Part shown: piece by piece, positions 27,734 through 38,094 of the stretch | Layout of the letters: each line of letters starts with the position of its first letter | How positions within the stretch are numbered: the first letter of the stretch is position 1 | IMG/VR virus record: IMGVR_UViG_651324052_000001 | Span: 96,603-160,602 of that record | DNA length: 64,000 nt | Direction: 5' to 3' (one strand) | Origin: a virus | Lineage: Duplodnaviria; Heunggongvirae; Uroviricota; Caudoviricetes | The notes under the pieces: model-generated | The model's database searches: none | The model's input: only the letters and a program-made list of their open reading frames with translations | What the model was told of the DNA's origin: nothing | Translations under genes and position numbers: made by a program

Positions 27734-28026
27734 TGAGTAAATTATCCGAAAAAGATTTAAACACAATTAAACAATACAACAAAAATTTATATGAGTTATA
27801 TTTGATTGTTGAAAATGGATGTCAGTCTGATATTACGATTGAAGATATGACGGAATGTATGGAGTGTATTTGTTCTTTATTAAAAAATAATATGGATATG
27901 ACTACACATAAACATAAGATTTATAAAGAAAAGGATATATTAAAAGATATTATTTGTCATCAAGCAGCTAAAATTATTCAATTGGAAAATGGAGGAGAAC
28001 AAAAATATGATAATTGTATGCAATAA
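27733..28026 (+). CDS. hypothetical protein
   Basis: 97 aa; ATGA overlap with the upstream gene. Confidence 0.4.
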   Translation: MSKLSEKDLNTIKQYNKNLYELYLIVENGCQSDITIEDMTECMECICSLLKNNMDMTTHKHKIYKEKDILKDIICHQAAKIIQLENGGEQKYDNCMQ

Positions 28027-28267
28027 AAAGACAATGATTCCTATGAAAAGCATTCATCATGGAGAAGTGTTTCGTTACAAGGAAAATTACTATATGAAAA
28101 TTGCAAATACAAATTTTGATATAGAAAAAGATCGTGCCGTAAATTTATTGGATGGATTTATTTATGACGAATCATATTTTGATTCAGATGTTTATAAAGT
28201 GGATGCTGAATTACATACGACAGACAATCCTAAAGACAACGGAACAATCAAACGAACAGTGATTTAA
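27989..28267 (+). CDS. hypothetical protein
   Basis: 92 aa. Confidence 0.4.
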   Translation: MEENKNMIIVCNKKTMIPMKSIHHGEVFRYKENYYMKIANTNFDIEKDRAVNLLDGFIYDESYFDSDVYKVDAELHTTDNPKDNGTIKRTVI

Positions 28268-28297
28268 AAGAGAACTTTCATTGAGAGGATAAGGGGT

Positions 28298-28723
28298 ATG
28301 CACAAGCAATTTATTGATAAACAAAAATTAGTGGAACAGTTTGTAAAAGAAATAGGATTTTCTTCTGGTCAATTATCAATTGGGGTTGGTTATCTTGATG
28401 ATTTGATTGATAGGCAGCCGGTGGCTTTTGATATGGATATGGTTGTTGAGCAACTAGAAGATTACGGGAAATACAAGGGAATTCTAAAAAATGAAAATGG
28501 CAAGTGTGAAAATTATATTCCTGTTTCTATGGCTGTAAAAATCGTCAAAGCTGCCGGGCTTAATGGAGCCTTAGGCTATTTGACAAAAGAAGATTACTTT
28601 AAATCAGATAGTGATGATAACGACTCAAAGACAATCACAAAAACAACAAGTAGATCTGGAGACAGGAGTATTCTGAAATATGGCGATGATTTTGAGACTA
28701 GTGGTCATAGCTTAAGCAACTAG
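28298..28723 (+). CDS. hypothetical protein
   Basis: 141 aa; AAGGGG RBS. Confidence 0.45.
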   Translation: MHKQFIDKQKLVEQFVKEIGFSSGQLSIGVGYLDDLIDRQPVAFDMDMVVEQLEDYGKYKGILKNENGKCENYIPVSMAVKIVKAAGLNGALGYLTKEDYFKSDSDDNDSKTITKTTSRSGDRSILKYGDDFETSGHSLSN

Positions 28724-28834
28724 GATTGGTTAATGCTACTAAGACAATTAGGATATAAAGTTGATGTGATTGAGGTTTCTAATGAAGAAATGGAAGCTAT
28801 TCAAGTAAAAAAGATTAATGGATAGGGGCAATAT

Positions 28835-29587
28835 ATGAAAAAGGGGTTTGAGAAAAGATTTAAAAACGGTGACATTGTTTATTGGTGTCATAATAATGGT
28901 AGAGGTGAATATCTCGTAAAGAATGGAATGGTAGATGAGCAATTTTCTGATGCGGTGGTGATTGATTATTTAGCAGGAAGAGAAAGAAGACTTGTGAATG
29001 GTATTCCGATTGATGAATTTGAGAGTCAAACTAAGTATAAGAAACTACCCAAAGGATGGACATATAATACAAGGTTGTTTGAAATTACATATTCTGATTT
29101 AACAGAAGAAGAAGTAAATTATCAGATTGATATTAAGAACCCGGAAGCAATAAAAAAAGCTTATGAACTTGGATACTTGGTAAAAGACTGTACAATCTTT
29201 CATGGAGAAATCGAAGCAGATATTACAAAAGAAGGATATAGAATTGTAAAGAAATATCCTATGTGGCAGCATCATATTGATCATGTTTCAATTCGTCCTG
29301 ATAAAGTCTATTTTACATATGAAGAAGCAAAATCCGAAGTAGATGAGAATGTGAAAGAGTTTGAAAGACAGCTTACACTTACGGATTATGAATGGTCAGT
29401 AGAACATATTTGTAAGAATTTAGATATTTTTAAAGCCATTCATAATTTAGACGAAAGAGATATTGATGCTTATAGAGAATTTATCCTTGGTATGGACAAT
29501 GTAGAGAATATTGAGACTAGAGTTTATCAGGGATATATCCAATGGAAATATGAAGATAAGAAAAGATGGAATTATATTGAGATCTGA
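28835..29587 (+). CDS. hypothetical protein
   Basis: 250 aa. Confidence 0.5.
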   Translation: MKKGFEKRFKNGDIVYWCHNNGRGEYLVKNGMVDEQFSDAVVIDYLAGRERRLVNGIPIDEFESQTKYKKLPKGWTYNTRLFEITYSDLTEEEVNYQIDIKNPEAIKKAYELGYLVKDCTIFHGEIEADITKEGYRIVKKYPMWQHHIDHVSIRPDKVYFTYEEAKSEVDENVKEFERQLTLTDYEWSVEHICKNLDIFKAIHNLDERDIDAYREFILGMDNVENIETRVYQGYIQWKYEDKKRWNYIEI

Positions 29588-29800
29588 GGTGAATAAATAA
29601 AGAAGTCCAATGAAGTCTCTCGAAGACAGTTTTCAGAATATGGTCAGTCGTGGTTTAGCAAACGGTATGCATGTTGGGCGAACAATCACAATGGATGGTC
29701 TAAAATGAAAAAGAAAAACCGAAGAATGTTTAAATCAAAATTAAGGCAAGAACAAAATAAAGAGATAAGAGAAATACTTGAAGAAATGGAGAGTTAAATT

Positions 29801-30043
29801 ATGAAAAAAGTTGAAGAAAAATACTATTGTGATCTATGTGGCAAAGAGTGTGAACATACACCGGATTATGTATTGCCGGAACTATCCGTTGGATCTTTTC
29901 AAAGTGTAACAACTAATTCTAAGCAAAAAGATTTATGCCCTGAATGTGAAAAAGAAGTTGCTTATATTTTGAATTTGATCAAGAGTAAAAAAATGGATAG
30001 TAATCCTATGTCAAATATGATTTTGGAAATTATTACAAAATAA
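29801..30043 (+). CDS. zinc-ribbon protein
   Basis: CDLCGKEC...CPEC; GGAGAG RBS. Confidence 0.45.
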   Translation: MKKVEEKYYCDLCGKECEHTPDYVLPELSVGSFQSVTTNSKQKDLCPECEKEVAYILNLIKSKKMDSNPMSNMILEIITK

Positions 30044-30047
30044 ATTC

Positions 30048-30398
30048 TTGGTTTATGCTGTAGCGGGAGAGTGGAGAATGTTTAAAATTATTTTTATTGT
30101 TATGTCATGGATATTAGTTGGATTTATTTCATGGATGTTTTTGATTCTTAGTTATTTAAGAAAAAGCGAATATGATCCCAGAGTTTTAAAAAATTTCGAA
30201 ATAGGAGAAGACCTTGGACTTTCTATATTGAGTGGTTGGTTTGCACCAGTGATTATATTGCTTTGTTGTATGACATATAAATTTGAATCGCAAAAATATA
30301 ATTTTTATAAATGGGTATATGATATTCTTTACAGAATAGCAAACATTGGAGTGAATAAAAAAGAAGAGGATGGATCAGATAGAGATGAAATTATATAA
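30048..30398 (+). CDS. membrane protein
   Basis: Two or three predicted TM helices. Confidence 0.45.
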   Translation: MVYAVAGEWRMFKIIFIVMSWILVGFISWMFLILSYLRKSEYDPRVLKNFEIGEDLGLSILSGWFAPVIILLCCMTYKFESQKYNFYKWVYDILYRIANIGVNKKEEDGSDRDEII

Positions 30399-30813
30399 GT
30401 TATGCAGATATTTATCATATCGGTTAAAATATGAATCTACATATTTGGAATTAAAATACTACTTAGATCAGGTGCTGAAAAATAAAAAAGATAGTTGGGT
30501 GAATTACACAACGAGATATGATCGTGGAATTGGTAAAACTGTTTCAGTGGCTAGACTATCAGCAAAATATGATATTCCTGTATTTGTCAAAAATAACATG
30601 TGTAAGAGGTTTATAGAAGAGGACGTGCCGAAATATCTACCTCAATATTTTAAAAAGAGAAAACCAAAAGCAATTGTAGTAAAAGATAGAGATAGACATT
30701 TAAAAGGTTGTAGATACGAAGTGGGATTAATTGACGAACCGCTTAGTTTAAACGATATAGATAATATTGAAACATGGTGTTGTGACAATTTAGTGGGATA
30801 TGTAAGAGAATAA
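30370..30813 (+). CDS. hypothetical protein
   Basis: 147 aa. Confidence 0.45.
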   Translation: MDQIEMKLYKLCRYLSYRLKYESTYLELKYYLDQVLKNKKDSWVNYTTRYDRGIGKTVSVARLSAKYDIPVFVKNNMCKRFIEEDVPKYLPQYFKKRKPKAIVVKDRDRHLKGCRYEVGLIDEPLSLNDIDNIETWCCDNLVGYVRE

Positions 30814-30890
30814 ATATTTAAGTCTGTGAAGGCTTTATTATTTTTTGACTTGTCTTGTTATATGAATTATAAAACAGATAGAATAGTAGG

Positions 30891-31439
30891 ATGAAAATGG
30901 AGAAAGATTTTTGTAGAACAAAGACAGTTGATGAACTATGTAAGGAGATATGTAGTGAAATAAAATTTTTTGAATCATCGGCATACGAGGATGGTAATAA
31001 CATTAAAATTTCCAATTACGAAATTTTAGCAAGAAATAAAGTGATTCGAGTGTCTTTTAGTGATGGCTCACAGGAGAAAGTCATTTGTGACGACAAAGAC
31101 AAGTTTGATTTGCGGAGAGGTTTATTCATAGCTTTATCAAAAAAGATGTATAAAGAGAAATATACCTTAGAAGGAATTGAGCATATGGCAACTGAATTAT
31201 CTTATCAGAAGAAATATGTGAAGATGGTCGATAAGGCGATTAAAGATCATAATAGAAAACTTATTGAAGAAGAGAATAAGAAACATGAAGAAGCATTGCA
31301 AAAGAAATTGGCTTATGAGAGAAAAGTAAAACGTGATAAGAAGAAGCGTGAGAGAGTGATTAACATTCAGAAAGAAGCGTATGTACGCGCCATGAAAGAA
31401 ATTGGCGATTTACATGAAGAAAAAGAAAAAGGAGAGTAA
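30891..31439 (+). CDS. hypothetical protein, charged C-terminus
   Basis: 182 aa. Confidence 0.45.
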   Translation: MKMEKDFCRTKTVDELCKEICSEIKFFESSAYEDGNNIKISNYEILARNKVIRVSFSDGSQEKVICDDKDKFDLRRGLFIALSKKMYKEKYTLEGIEHMATELSYQKKYVKMVDKAIKDHNRKLIEEENKKHEEALQKKLAYERKVKRDKKKRERVINIQKEAYVRAMKEIGDLHEEKEKGE

Positions 31440-31443
31440 AGAC

Positions 31444-31611
31444 ATGTGGGTAATATTTTTGCTTGCAGCAATGGGATTTGCGATTGCAACTTTGTTGGTG
31501 GTTTATATCGGTAATAAAGTTGTGAATGCAATGAAAAGAGATGATGAAAAATTAAATAAGGACATTAGTAAAGAAAAAGCAAATGAAAAGGAGAAAGAAA
31601 AACATGAGTAA
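31444..31611 (+). CDS. small single-TM membrane protein
   Basis: ATG 31444 after AGGAGAG; TM WVIFLLAAMGFAIATLLVVYIG; the track start 31402 lies inside the upstream gene. Confidence 0.4.
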   Translation: MWVIFLLAAMGFAIATLLVVYIGNKVVNAMKRDDEKLNKDISKEKANEKEKEKHE

Positions 31612-32449
31612 AAAAGGATTTGTAGTAGGAGTTGTTGTAGTCGCAGCGGTTGTAGGAGGTTTCTTCACAGTTAAGTCAGTAGAGAGAATTGGAACCGGTA
31701 AATTAGGAGTTCAATATTCTGTTAATGGTGTTAAAGATGAAACTTTATCAGAAGGGTGGCATTTTATTAATCCATTCTTAAAGATCAAGGAATTTTCCAT
31801 TGGTAATGAACAACTTGTGCTTGAAAAGGGTAAAGAAGATAATTCAATTAAGGTTGCTACATCAGATGATGCCAGTATATCAGCAAGTTTTCAGATGTCA
31901 TATCGGTATAAACCGGAAGAAGTCGTTACTACATATAAGAAATTTCGTGGAATGGATGGAGAAGATATCGTTGATCAGAGAGTAAAATCTGTGCTTAAAT
32001 CGAAAATCTCGGAGGTTACGGCGGGGTATAGCATGATGGCTGTGTACTCTGGTGATAGATCTGAAATCAATAATAAGCTTACAGAATATTTAAATGAAGA
32101 ATTTGGAAAGGAATACGGAATTGAAGTTTTGGATGCTTCTATTATTGATGTACATCCTGATGACAAATTAAAAGAGTCCATTGATGCAAGAGTAAAAGCT
32201 CTTCAAGAAAAACAACAAGCAGAGGCGGAGCAGGAGAAAGTAAAAGTACAGAAAGAGACTGAAAGAATCCAGGCTGAAGCTGATGCACAAATTGAAGTTA
32301 CAAAAGCTAAAGCAGAGGCAGAAGCGAATAGATTAAAATCTGAATCTATTACAGACGAGTTAATTCGTATGAAAGAAGCCGAAGCAAGATTACAGCACGG
32401 ATGGGTGACTACTCAGGGTGCAAATGCGGTTGTGAAAGACGGTGAATAA
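31604..32449 (+). CDS. SPFH/band-7 (prohibitin/HflK-like) domain protein with N-terminal TM and C-terminal coiled coil
   Basis: N-terminal TM helix; coiled-coil C-terminus; likely start ATG 31604 after AGGAGAAAG. Confidence 0.65.
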   Translation: MSKKGFVVGVVVVAAVVGGFFTVKSVERIGTGKLGVQYSVNGVKDETLSEGWHFINPFLKIKEFSIGNEQLVLEKGKEDNSIKVATSDDASISASFQMSYRYKPEEVVTTYKKFRGMDGEDIVDQRVKSVLKSKISEVTAGYSMMAVYSGDRSEINNKLTEYLNEEFGKEYGIEVLDASIIDVHPDDKLKESIDARVKALQEKQQAEAEQEKVKVQKETERIQAEADAQIEVTKAKAEAEANRLKSESITDELIRMKEAEARLQHGWVTTQGANAVVKDGE

Positions 32450-32450
32450 T

Positions 32451-32618
32451 ATGTTTAGTTTATTATTTGATATTGCAGGTTGTATATTGATGCTGGCAAT
32501 AATTCTTGGAGCACTTGGATTTATCACATTATTTATTGGATATATTTATGAAGATGTAAATAATAAATTTGACGGTATCTTCCATAGAATTTCAGATACA
32601 TTGGAAGAAATATTGTAA
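32451..32618 (+). CDS. small membrane protein (55 aa)
   Basis: Below track cutoff; one TM; followed by a hairpin. Confidence 0.35.
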   Translation: MFSLLFDIAGCILMLAIILGALGFITLFIGYIYEDVNNKFDGIFHRISDTLEEIL

Positions 32619-32624
32619 ATTTAG

Positions 32625-32652
32625 CTGCATATGGTGTCACAGCTATATGCAG
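32625..32652 (+). terminator. hairpin CTGCATAT / ATATGCAG with 12-nt loop, then a T-rich tail
   Basis: Directly after the stop at 32618. Confidence 0.4.
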
Positions 32653-32671
32653 TATTTAGAAAAATAATAAG

Positions 32672-32974
32672 ATGAAACTTTCGTTTCATAGGGGGTGGAT
32701 AAAGAAAATGAGTAGTAATAAAACATTAGAAAATGTCGAGTTGCACCAAGAAAATGGCGAATACTATTTAACTTTAACATATAACGAAAAACTTGTAGAT
32801 AATGAATACGAAATTAAAATACCAAAAATAAATTTAGATTTTTTAAAATATGATTTTGGATTTTCTTTTGTTAAATCAGGGTTTGGAATATCGCAACGTT
32901 TTATAGAGTATGACTATCCTTATGATACAACTATAACGTTGCCGATAAATAAAAAGAAAACCCATTTTATATAA
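32672..32974 (+). CDS. hypothetical protein
   Basis: 100 aa. Confidence 0.45.
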   Translation: MKLSFHRGWIKKMSSNKTLENVELHQENGEYYLTLTYNEKLVDNEYEIKIPKINLDFLKYDFGFSFVKSGFGISQRFIEYDYPYDTTITLPINKKKTHFI

Positions 32975-33010
32975 GGATGCCAAAGAAAAAGAAGATGGAG
33001 TTAAAGGATA

Positions 33011-33426
33011 TTGAGGGGAATTGAAATGAAATCAATGTATGCAGAGTCAAAGTATCTAGTTATTAATGAAGAAATTTTTATTTATATTTATGGCGACAAA
33101 CTGAGATATATAGATAACAAAGGAGAAAATTTTGAAGTTGTAAAAAATATCGATGTAGACAATATTAGGAGAATGATCTTAAAAGGGGAGATAGCAAATT
33201 CTGAAATCAAAAAAACTTTTTTTAAAAGAGAAATATTCTGTTTTCAAAAACAAAATAAAATTTTAAAAAGAAAGTTAAAGATATTAAAAGTGCACATATT
33301 CGTTATACGTACAAAAGAGACAAGGGGATCTTTTCATTCGCCGAGTTAAAGAATAGATTGTCTACAAAAGAATACGAGGAGTTTTGGAGAGATAAGTTAA
33401 AAAATATGAATTGTATTTATAAATAA
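33011..33426 (+). CDS. hypothetical protein, probably frame-disrupted near 33259-33300
   Basis: The track ORF ends in a low-complexity K/I tail at 33349, while the -1 frame carries a protein-like continuation (...SFAELKNRLSTKEYEEFWRDKLKNMNCIYK) to 33426. Confidence 0.4.
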
Positions 33427-33440
33427 GGAGTATAAGCAAT

Positions 33441-33971
33441 ATGGCAGAACCATCAAGATTAGATTTTAGCAATGTAAGACATGTAAGAGTTTGGCACGAG
33501 CAGTTTGAAGCAATTAAAGATAAAGCAGAATTTTTGATTGTAGAAGATAAGTCAAATGGTAAATGTGTATCGTTTACAAGAGATCATCCTGAAGAATATG
33601 CTCCAAATGAATCTTATTTAAAATTAAAGAAGATATTAGAAGACACAAGAGAAATTGTAAGAAATTTAGAAAGGAAAAAGGAAAGTAAGATTATGAATAG
33701 TGAAAAATTTATTGGACTATGTAAGGAAAATGTAGTGAAATATTTCAATGAATATTCAGATAAAACAAATAACGTACTTATTACCCAGGAAGATGTTTAT
33801 GTAGTTTGGTATTGTAGTAAGACGCTGCAAAATCATAAGGCATTATTAAATACAAATATTTCTGACAGAATGTATTACGAACTTACATATAACGGTGATA
33901 AAAATGAATTATATTTGGACGCTTATAAGAAATGGCAGAATGTAAAAATTGATGTGAATGATGAGGAATAG
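33441..33971 (+). CDS. hypothetical protein
   Basis: 176 aa; AAGGAG RBS. Confidence 0.5.
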   Translation: MAEPSRLDFSNVRHVRVWHEQFEAIKDKAEFLIVEDKSNGKCVSFTRDHPEEYAPNESYLKLKKILEDTREIVRNLERKKESKIMNSEKFIGLCKENVVKYFNEYSDKTNNVLITQEDVYVVWYCSKTLQNHKALLNTNISDRMYYELTYNGDKNELYLDAYKKWQNVKIDVNDEE

Positions 33972-33977
33972 GCGCTT

Positions 33978-34484
33978 ATGGAGAATAATATTACTGTAAA
34001 TATGGAAAATCTTTCAGAGGAAGAAAGAGAACAATTGATGAAACTGATTGAGAAATCTAATGGATCCAAAAGGAATGTGTGGAAACCTGAAGGTAATGAA
34101 AAGTATTTTTTCGTGTCCGGATGTGGTGTAATTAATAGTTGTAAGTGGATCAATGATACTACAGATAATGGATATTATGAAATTGGTAATTGTTTTAAAA
34201 CAAAAGAAGAGGCGGAGTTTGCTTTAGAGAAAAGAAGAGTTGAAGTTGAATTACATCGTTTTGCAGAAGAGAATAATGAATGCAAGATTGATTGGAAAGA
34301 CGAAAATCAAAATAAATATTATATGTACTATGATAATGTAACTGGCGAAATAGAAGATTCTGTTTTGTATCGTTCAAAAATAGCAGGTGTTGTTTATTTT
34401 TCATCAATAAAGATTTTGGAACAGGCAATTCAAGTTATTGGGAAAGGACGTTTAAAGAAATATTATTTAGGTATTGAGGAGTGA
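33978..34484 (+). CDS. hypothetical protein
   Basis: 168 aa. Confidence 0.5.
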   Translation: MENNITVNMENLSEEEREQLMKLIEKSNGSKRNVWKPEGNEKYFFVSGCGVINSCKWINDTTDNGYYEIGNCFKTKEEAEFALEKRRVEVELHRFAEENNECKIDWKDENQNKYYMYYDNVTGEIEDSVLYRSKIAGVVYFSSIKILEQAIQVIGKGRLKKYYLGIEE

Positions 34485-34696
34485 TTATGAAAAAGAGTTT
34501 TAAAATTACTGGTTTACCAGCATTGATTACAATAGCTATTATCTACTCAACACAATGTTTACTTGTATGTGGAATAGCGAAACTATTGACGTTAATGTTA
34601 CATATAGATTTTAATTTGGAATTAACAGTTGTAACATTTGTAGTATGCAAAGCACTACAGATTATTGGATATTTTGCTGGATTTAGATGGGAATAA
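34481..34696 (+). CDS. small membrane protein
   Basis: Two TM helices. Confidence 0.4.
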   Translation: MIMKKSFKITGLPALITIAIIYSTQCLLVCGIAKLLTLMLHIDFNLELTVVTFVVCKALQIIGYFAGFRWE

Positions 34697-34729
34697 AAAT
34701 TTAGTTTCATTATAAAAAGAAGGGATAAT

Positions 34730-34993
34730 ATGAAAATAGGAAAATTATTAAATAAAGCATACAAAAATGGAGGATATATTAGAATGGTCGACGGTAGAAG
34801 AAAAGGGGCTATTAGATATTCAAGAGTATGCGGAACATTTGTTCAAGCAGATTATGAAACAGGTTCATTTATTTACAACGGAAATCAAGAACATAAACCC
34901 GTTTATATAAATAACATAATGCTGCAATCTAAAGAATGGGAATATATTCCATGCGAGTGTAGCTGTTGTTATATTTGCAAAAAGAATAAATAG
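34730..34993 (+). CDS. hypothetical protein
   Basis: 87 aa. Confidence 0.45.
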   Translation: MKIGKLLNKAYKNGGYIRMVDGRRKGAIRYSRVCGTFVQADYETGSFIYNGNQEHKPVYINNIMLQSKEWEYIPCECSCCYICKKNK

Positions 34994-35013
34994 AAAGTAG
35001 GAGTGAATTAAAT

Positions 35014-35412
35014 ATGGTAGAGTTTGATATTAATTATGAAGAATTGGAAGAAATGTCTTTGGAAGAAGCGCAGGAAATTGCAAAGGAATTTGATGAGTGT
35101 GTTTTAGAAGATGCCGGAACTGTTTTAAATGGTAAAAAATATAAAACAGAATTATTAGAAGATGAAAATTGGGATGACCAAGGAAAATACCAATACAAAT
35201 ATCAGACAGGCATCTTATGTGAATGTGATGATCAATGGGGCACTGTTAAGAAATTTGATATTGCATTAACTTTGTGCATCACTCGTTCTGGATCATATTT
35301 TAGTGATTATTATTTTGAGTATGAAAAACCGGAAGTACATAAAATTGTAAAGAAAGTTATTCCTGAACAGATTATTCCGGAAAGAACAGTAGTTACGATT
35401 GAGGAGGTATAG
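35014..35412 (+). CDS. hypothetical acidic protein
   Basis: 132 aa. Confidence 0.5.
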   Translation: MVEFDINYEELEEMSLEEAQEIAKEFDECVLEDAGTVLNGKKYKTELLEDENWDDQGKYQYKYQTGILCECDDQWGTVKKFDIALTLCITRSGSYFSDYYFEYEKPEVHKIVKKVIPEQIIPERTVVTIEEV

Positions 35413-35414
35413 AT

Positions 35415-35780
35415 ATGAGTGTAGAATTTTATGCATGTGACAATTGTGGGGAAACATTTCTTGATTGTGGAGAATATGTATCATGTGAAACTTGTTGTAC
35501 AAGATGGTGTTGTGATGAATGCGCTGAAGAAGATGGTTATGTGAGAGAACATTGTAAATTACATCCAGATTTAGATGATTATGACCTTATGTATGAATAT
35601 AGAAAAAAGCATTGTAAATACGACAGTTGTACAGACTGCGAGCATTATGTGCCGGATAGCTGTAATTATTGTAGAAACGAAGATTACCCTGATAATGTGT
35701 TACTGGATTATTGCATGGAACTGCTCGGCGTCACAAGAGATCAGTTAGTAGAGAAATATAATAATAGGGAAATAGTATGA
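35415..35780 (+). CDS. Cys-rich hypothetical protein
   Basis: CDNCGETFLDCGEYVSCETCCTRWCCDEC. Confidence 0.45.
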   Translation: MSVEFYACDNCGETFLDCGEYVSCETCCTRWCCDECAEEDGYVREHCKLHPDLDDYDLMYEYRKKHCKYDSCTDCEHYVPDSCNYCRNEDYPDNVLLDYCMELLGVTRDQLVEKYNNREIV

Positions 35781-36817
35781 ATCTGAAACAAATTAAAGAA
35801 ACAATAAATAAACAAGAATATGATTTCTTAAAAGAAAATAAGCACTTAGGGAATAATGTTATTTTACTTACGCTTGGTGGCAGTTATGCATATGGAATGA
35901 ATATCAATACAAAAGAATATGTTAGTGATATTGACGTAAGAGGGGTTGCATTAAACAGTAAAGAAGAAATTCTTCTTGGAAAAGACTTTGAACAAGTCGT
36001 GGAAACTGATACGGATACGACAGTTTACTCATTCAATAAAATTTTACAATTATTAAAATCAAATAATCCTAACACTATTGAAATTTTAGGATGTAAGCCC
36101 GAACATTATTTATATCTATCTGGTGTTAGTAGAGAATTATTAAATAACAGAAAAATGTTCTTATCTAAGATTTGTATTAATTCTTTTGCAGGATATGCTT
36201 CAAGCCAATTACGACGTATGGAGAACAAAGCTGCTAGATTAGTTGGACAGGCACAAAATGAAGAATACATTTTAAAATCAATCAATAATGCAAGCTATGA
36301 TTTTAAAAATCGTTATTTTCCAATGAATGATGGATCACTCAGTCTTTATACAGATAAAGCAGTGCAGGAAGGTTATGACACTGAAATTTTTATGGATATT
36401 GTTTTAAAACATTATCCATTAAGAGATTGGACTGGTATGTGGAATGAGATGAAAGCTATTGTAAGTAGCTATAAGAAAATTGGTAGACGAAATGAAAAGG
36501 CAATGAACAAGGATAAACTTGGAAAACATATGGCTCATTTAATCAGGTTGTACATGATGTGCATTGATATTCTTGAAAAAGAAGAAATTATTACTTATCG
36601 AGAAAACGAACATGATTTACTTATGAGTATACGAAACGGAGAATATCTTGATGGCAATAAACAGCCAACTTCGGAATTCTATGATTTGTTAAATGAGTAT
36701 GAAAAGAGATTTGATTACGCTAAGGAGAATACTTCATTACCGAGTGTGCCGGACTACAAGAAAATTGAAGAGTTCAAAATGTATGTAAACGAAAGAATTG
36801 TGAAAGGAGATATTTAA
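35777..36817 (+). CDS. Pol-beta-superfamily nucleotidyltransferase
   Basis: GGSYAYG-x-SDIDV (GS...DxD) minimal NTase signature; roughly 250-aa helical C-terminal part. Confidence 0.55.
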   Translation: MNLKQIKETINKQEYDFLKENKHLGNNVILLTLGGSYAYGMNINTKEYVSDIDVRGVALNSKEEILLGKDFEQVVETDTDTTVYSFNKILQLLKSNNPNTIEILGCKPEHYLYLSGVSRELLNNRKMFLSKICINSFAGYASSQLRRMENKAARLVGQAQNEEYILKSINNASYDFKNRYFPMNDGSLSLYTDKAVQEGYDTEIFMDIVLKHYPLRDWTGMWNEMKAIVSSYKKIGRRNEKAMNKDKLGKHMAHLIRLYMMCIDILEKEEIITYRENEHDLLMSIRNGEYLDGNKQPTSEFYDLLNEYEKRFDYAKENTSLPSVPDYKKIEEFKMYVNERIVKGDI

Positions 36818-36871
36818 TGGAGGTTTCTGAGAAATTAAAAGAACGTTTTTTGCAAGGATTGTAATATCCCA

Positions 36872-37759
36872 TTGAAATTATTTAAGGAACCGTATTTTAC
36901 AGATAGACTCCAATTATATGATAACTATTATAATACATTGGATAAATGGAACATTTTCGTGAGAGAATTAGAGAAATATAAGTGTGAGCAAGATTATCTT
37001 GAAGAATATAATCGAGTAAAGGATGCTGCAATAAACGATATAAAATTGTCAGATGGTTACAGTATATTTAATGAAGAAGACATGGGGAAATATTCAGTAA
37101 AATATAAAGATCTGCCAAGTAAGGATTTTTATAAACCATCAAATGATGGAAAGTTATTTATTAGTATTGATATGAAAAAAGCAAATTTTTCAGCATTAAA
37201 ATTTTATGATAAAAGTATTTTTGGTAATGCTGATACGTGGGAAGAATTTGTTGGAAGATATACAGATAATAAACATATCGTGAATAGTAAATACATTAGA
37301 CAGGTCATTCTAGGGAACTGTAATCCCAAGAGGCAAGTAACTTATGAAAAATATTTGATGGGATTGGTATTGGAAGTTCTTGTTGAAGAATTAGGATATT
37401 CTAGCAGCGATATTGTGTTTTTCTCTAATGATGAAATTATTATTGACATGGGTGAATATGAAAACTGTATAGATAAACGAATAGTATTAGAAATGGTAGT
37501 TAATGCATATTTCAATATTCCTTTCAGGATTGAATTATTTTACTTGCATAAAATTTCTGGCACAGATGGATATTTTAAGGAAATAGTGAAAAATATTATT
37601 GAAAGAGAATATGAATTTAAATGCATAAATAGTTATACGATTCCATTTTTACTTAGAAAACTTAACAGAGAAGAAATTATTGAGAGCGATAAAGTATTTT
37701 ATCATGAAGGATTATTATCTAAATTTATTGAGATTCCAGAAATTAAAATGAATTGGTGA
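36872..37759 (+). CDS. hypothetical protein
   Basis: 295 aa; TTG start, weak RBS. Confidence 0.45.
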   Translation: MKLFKEPYFTDRLQLYDNYYNTLDKWNIFVRELEKYKCEQDYLEEYNRVKDAAINDIKLSDGYSIFNEEDMGKYSVKYKDLPSKDFYKPSNDGKLFISIDMKKANFSALKFYDKSIFGNADTWEEFVGRYTDNKHIVNSKYIRQVILGNCNPKRQVTYEKYLMGLVLEVLVEELGYSSSDIVFFSNDEIIIDMGEYENCIDKRIVLEMVVNAYFNIPFRIELFYLHKISGTDGYFKEIVKNIIEREYEFKCINSYTIPFLLRKLNREEIIESDKVFYHEGLLSKFIEIPEIKMNW

Positions 37760-38094
37760 GAGTTATGACAAATGCAGATTATATAAAAAAACAATTAGCA
37801 AGATTGGCTGATATAGAACTTGCAGCAATTGTATATGAATATTTTGGGATAAAAACATCTAATAGAATACGTCCTAAAATTCTTAAAACAGCTTGGAAAG
37901 CATTTGACAAATGGGCTAATAGTGTTGGTAATAAGACAAATTTTGTTAAAGATGATGGTTCAACTCCATCCATTTGGGCGTGGGAAAGATGGCGTATGTT
38001 AAATGGAAAGTGGGAGAATAAAGGAAGGACAGTAGAAGTTGCTTTACAAGTTTGGCTAATAATGAAATATGACGAGGAGGAATGGAAAGAATGA
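37753..38094 (+). CDS. hypothetical protein
   Basis: 113 aa. Confidence 0.45.
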   Translation: MVRVMTNADYIKKQLARLADIELAAIVYEYFGIKTSNRIRPKILKTAWKAFDKWANSVGNKTNFVKDDGSTPSIWAWERWRMLNGKWENKGRTVEVALQVWLIMKYDEEEWKE

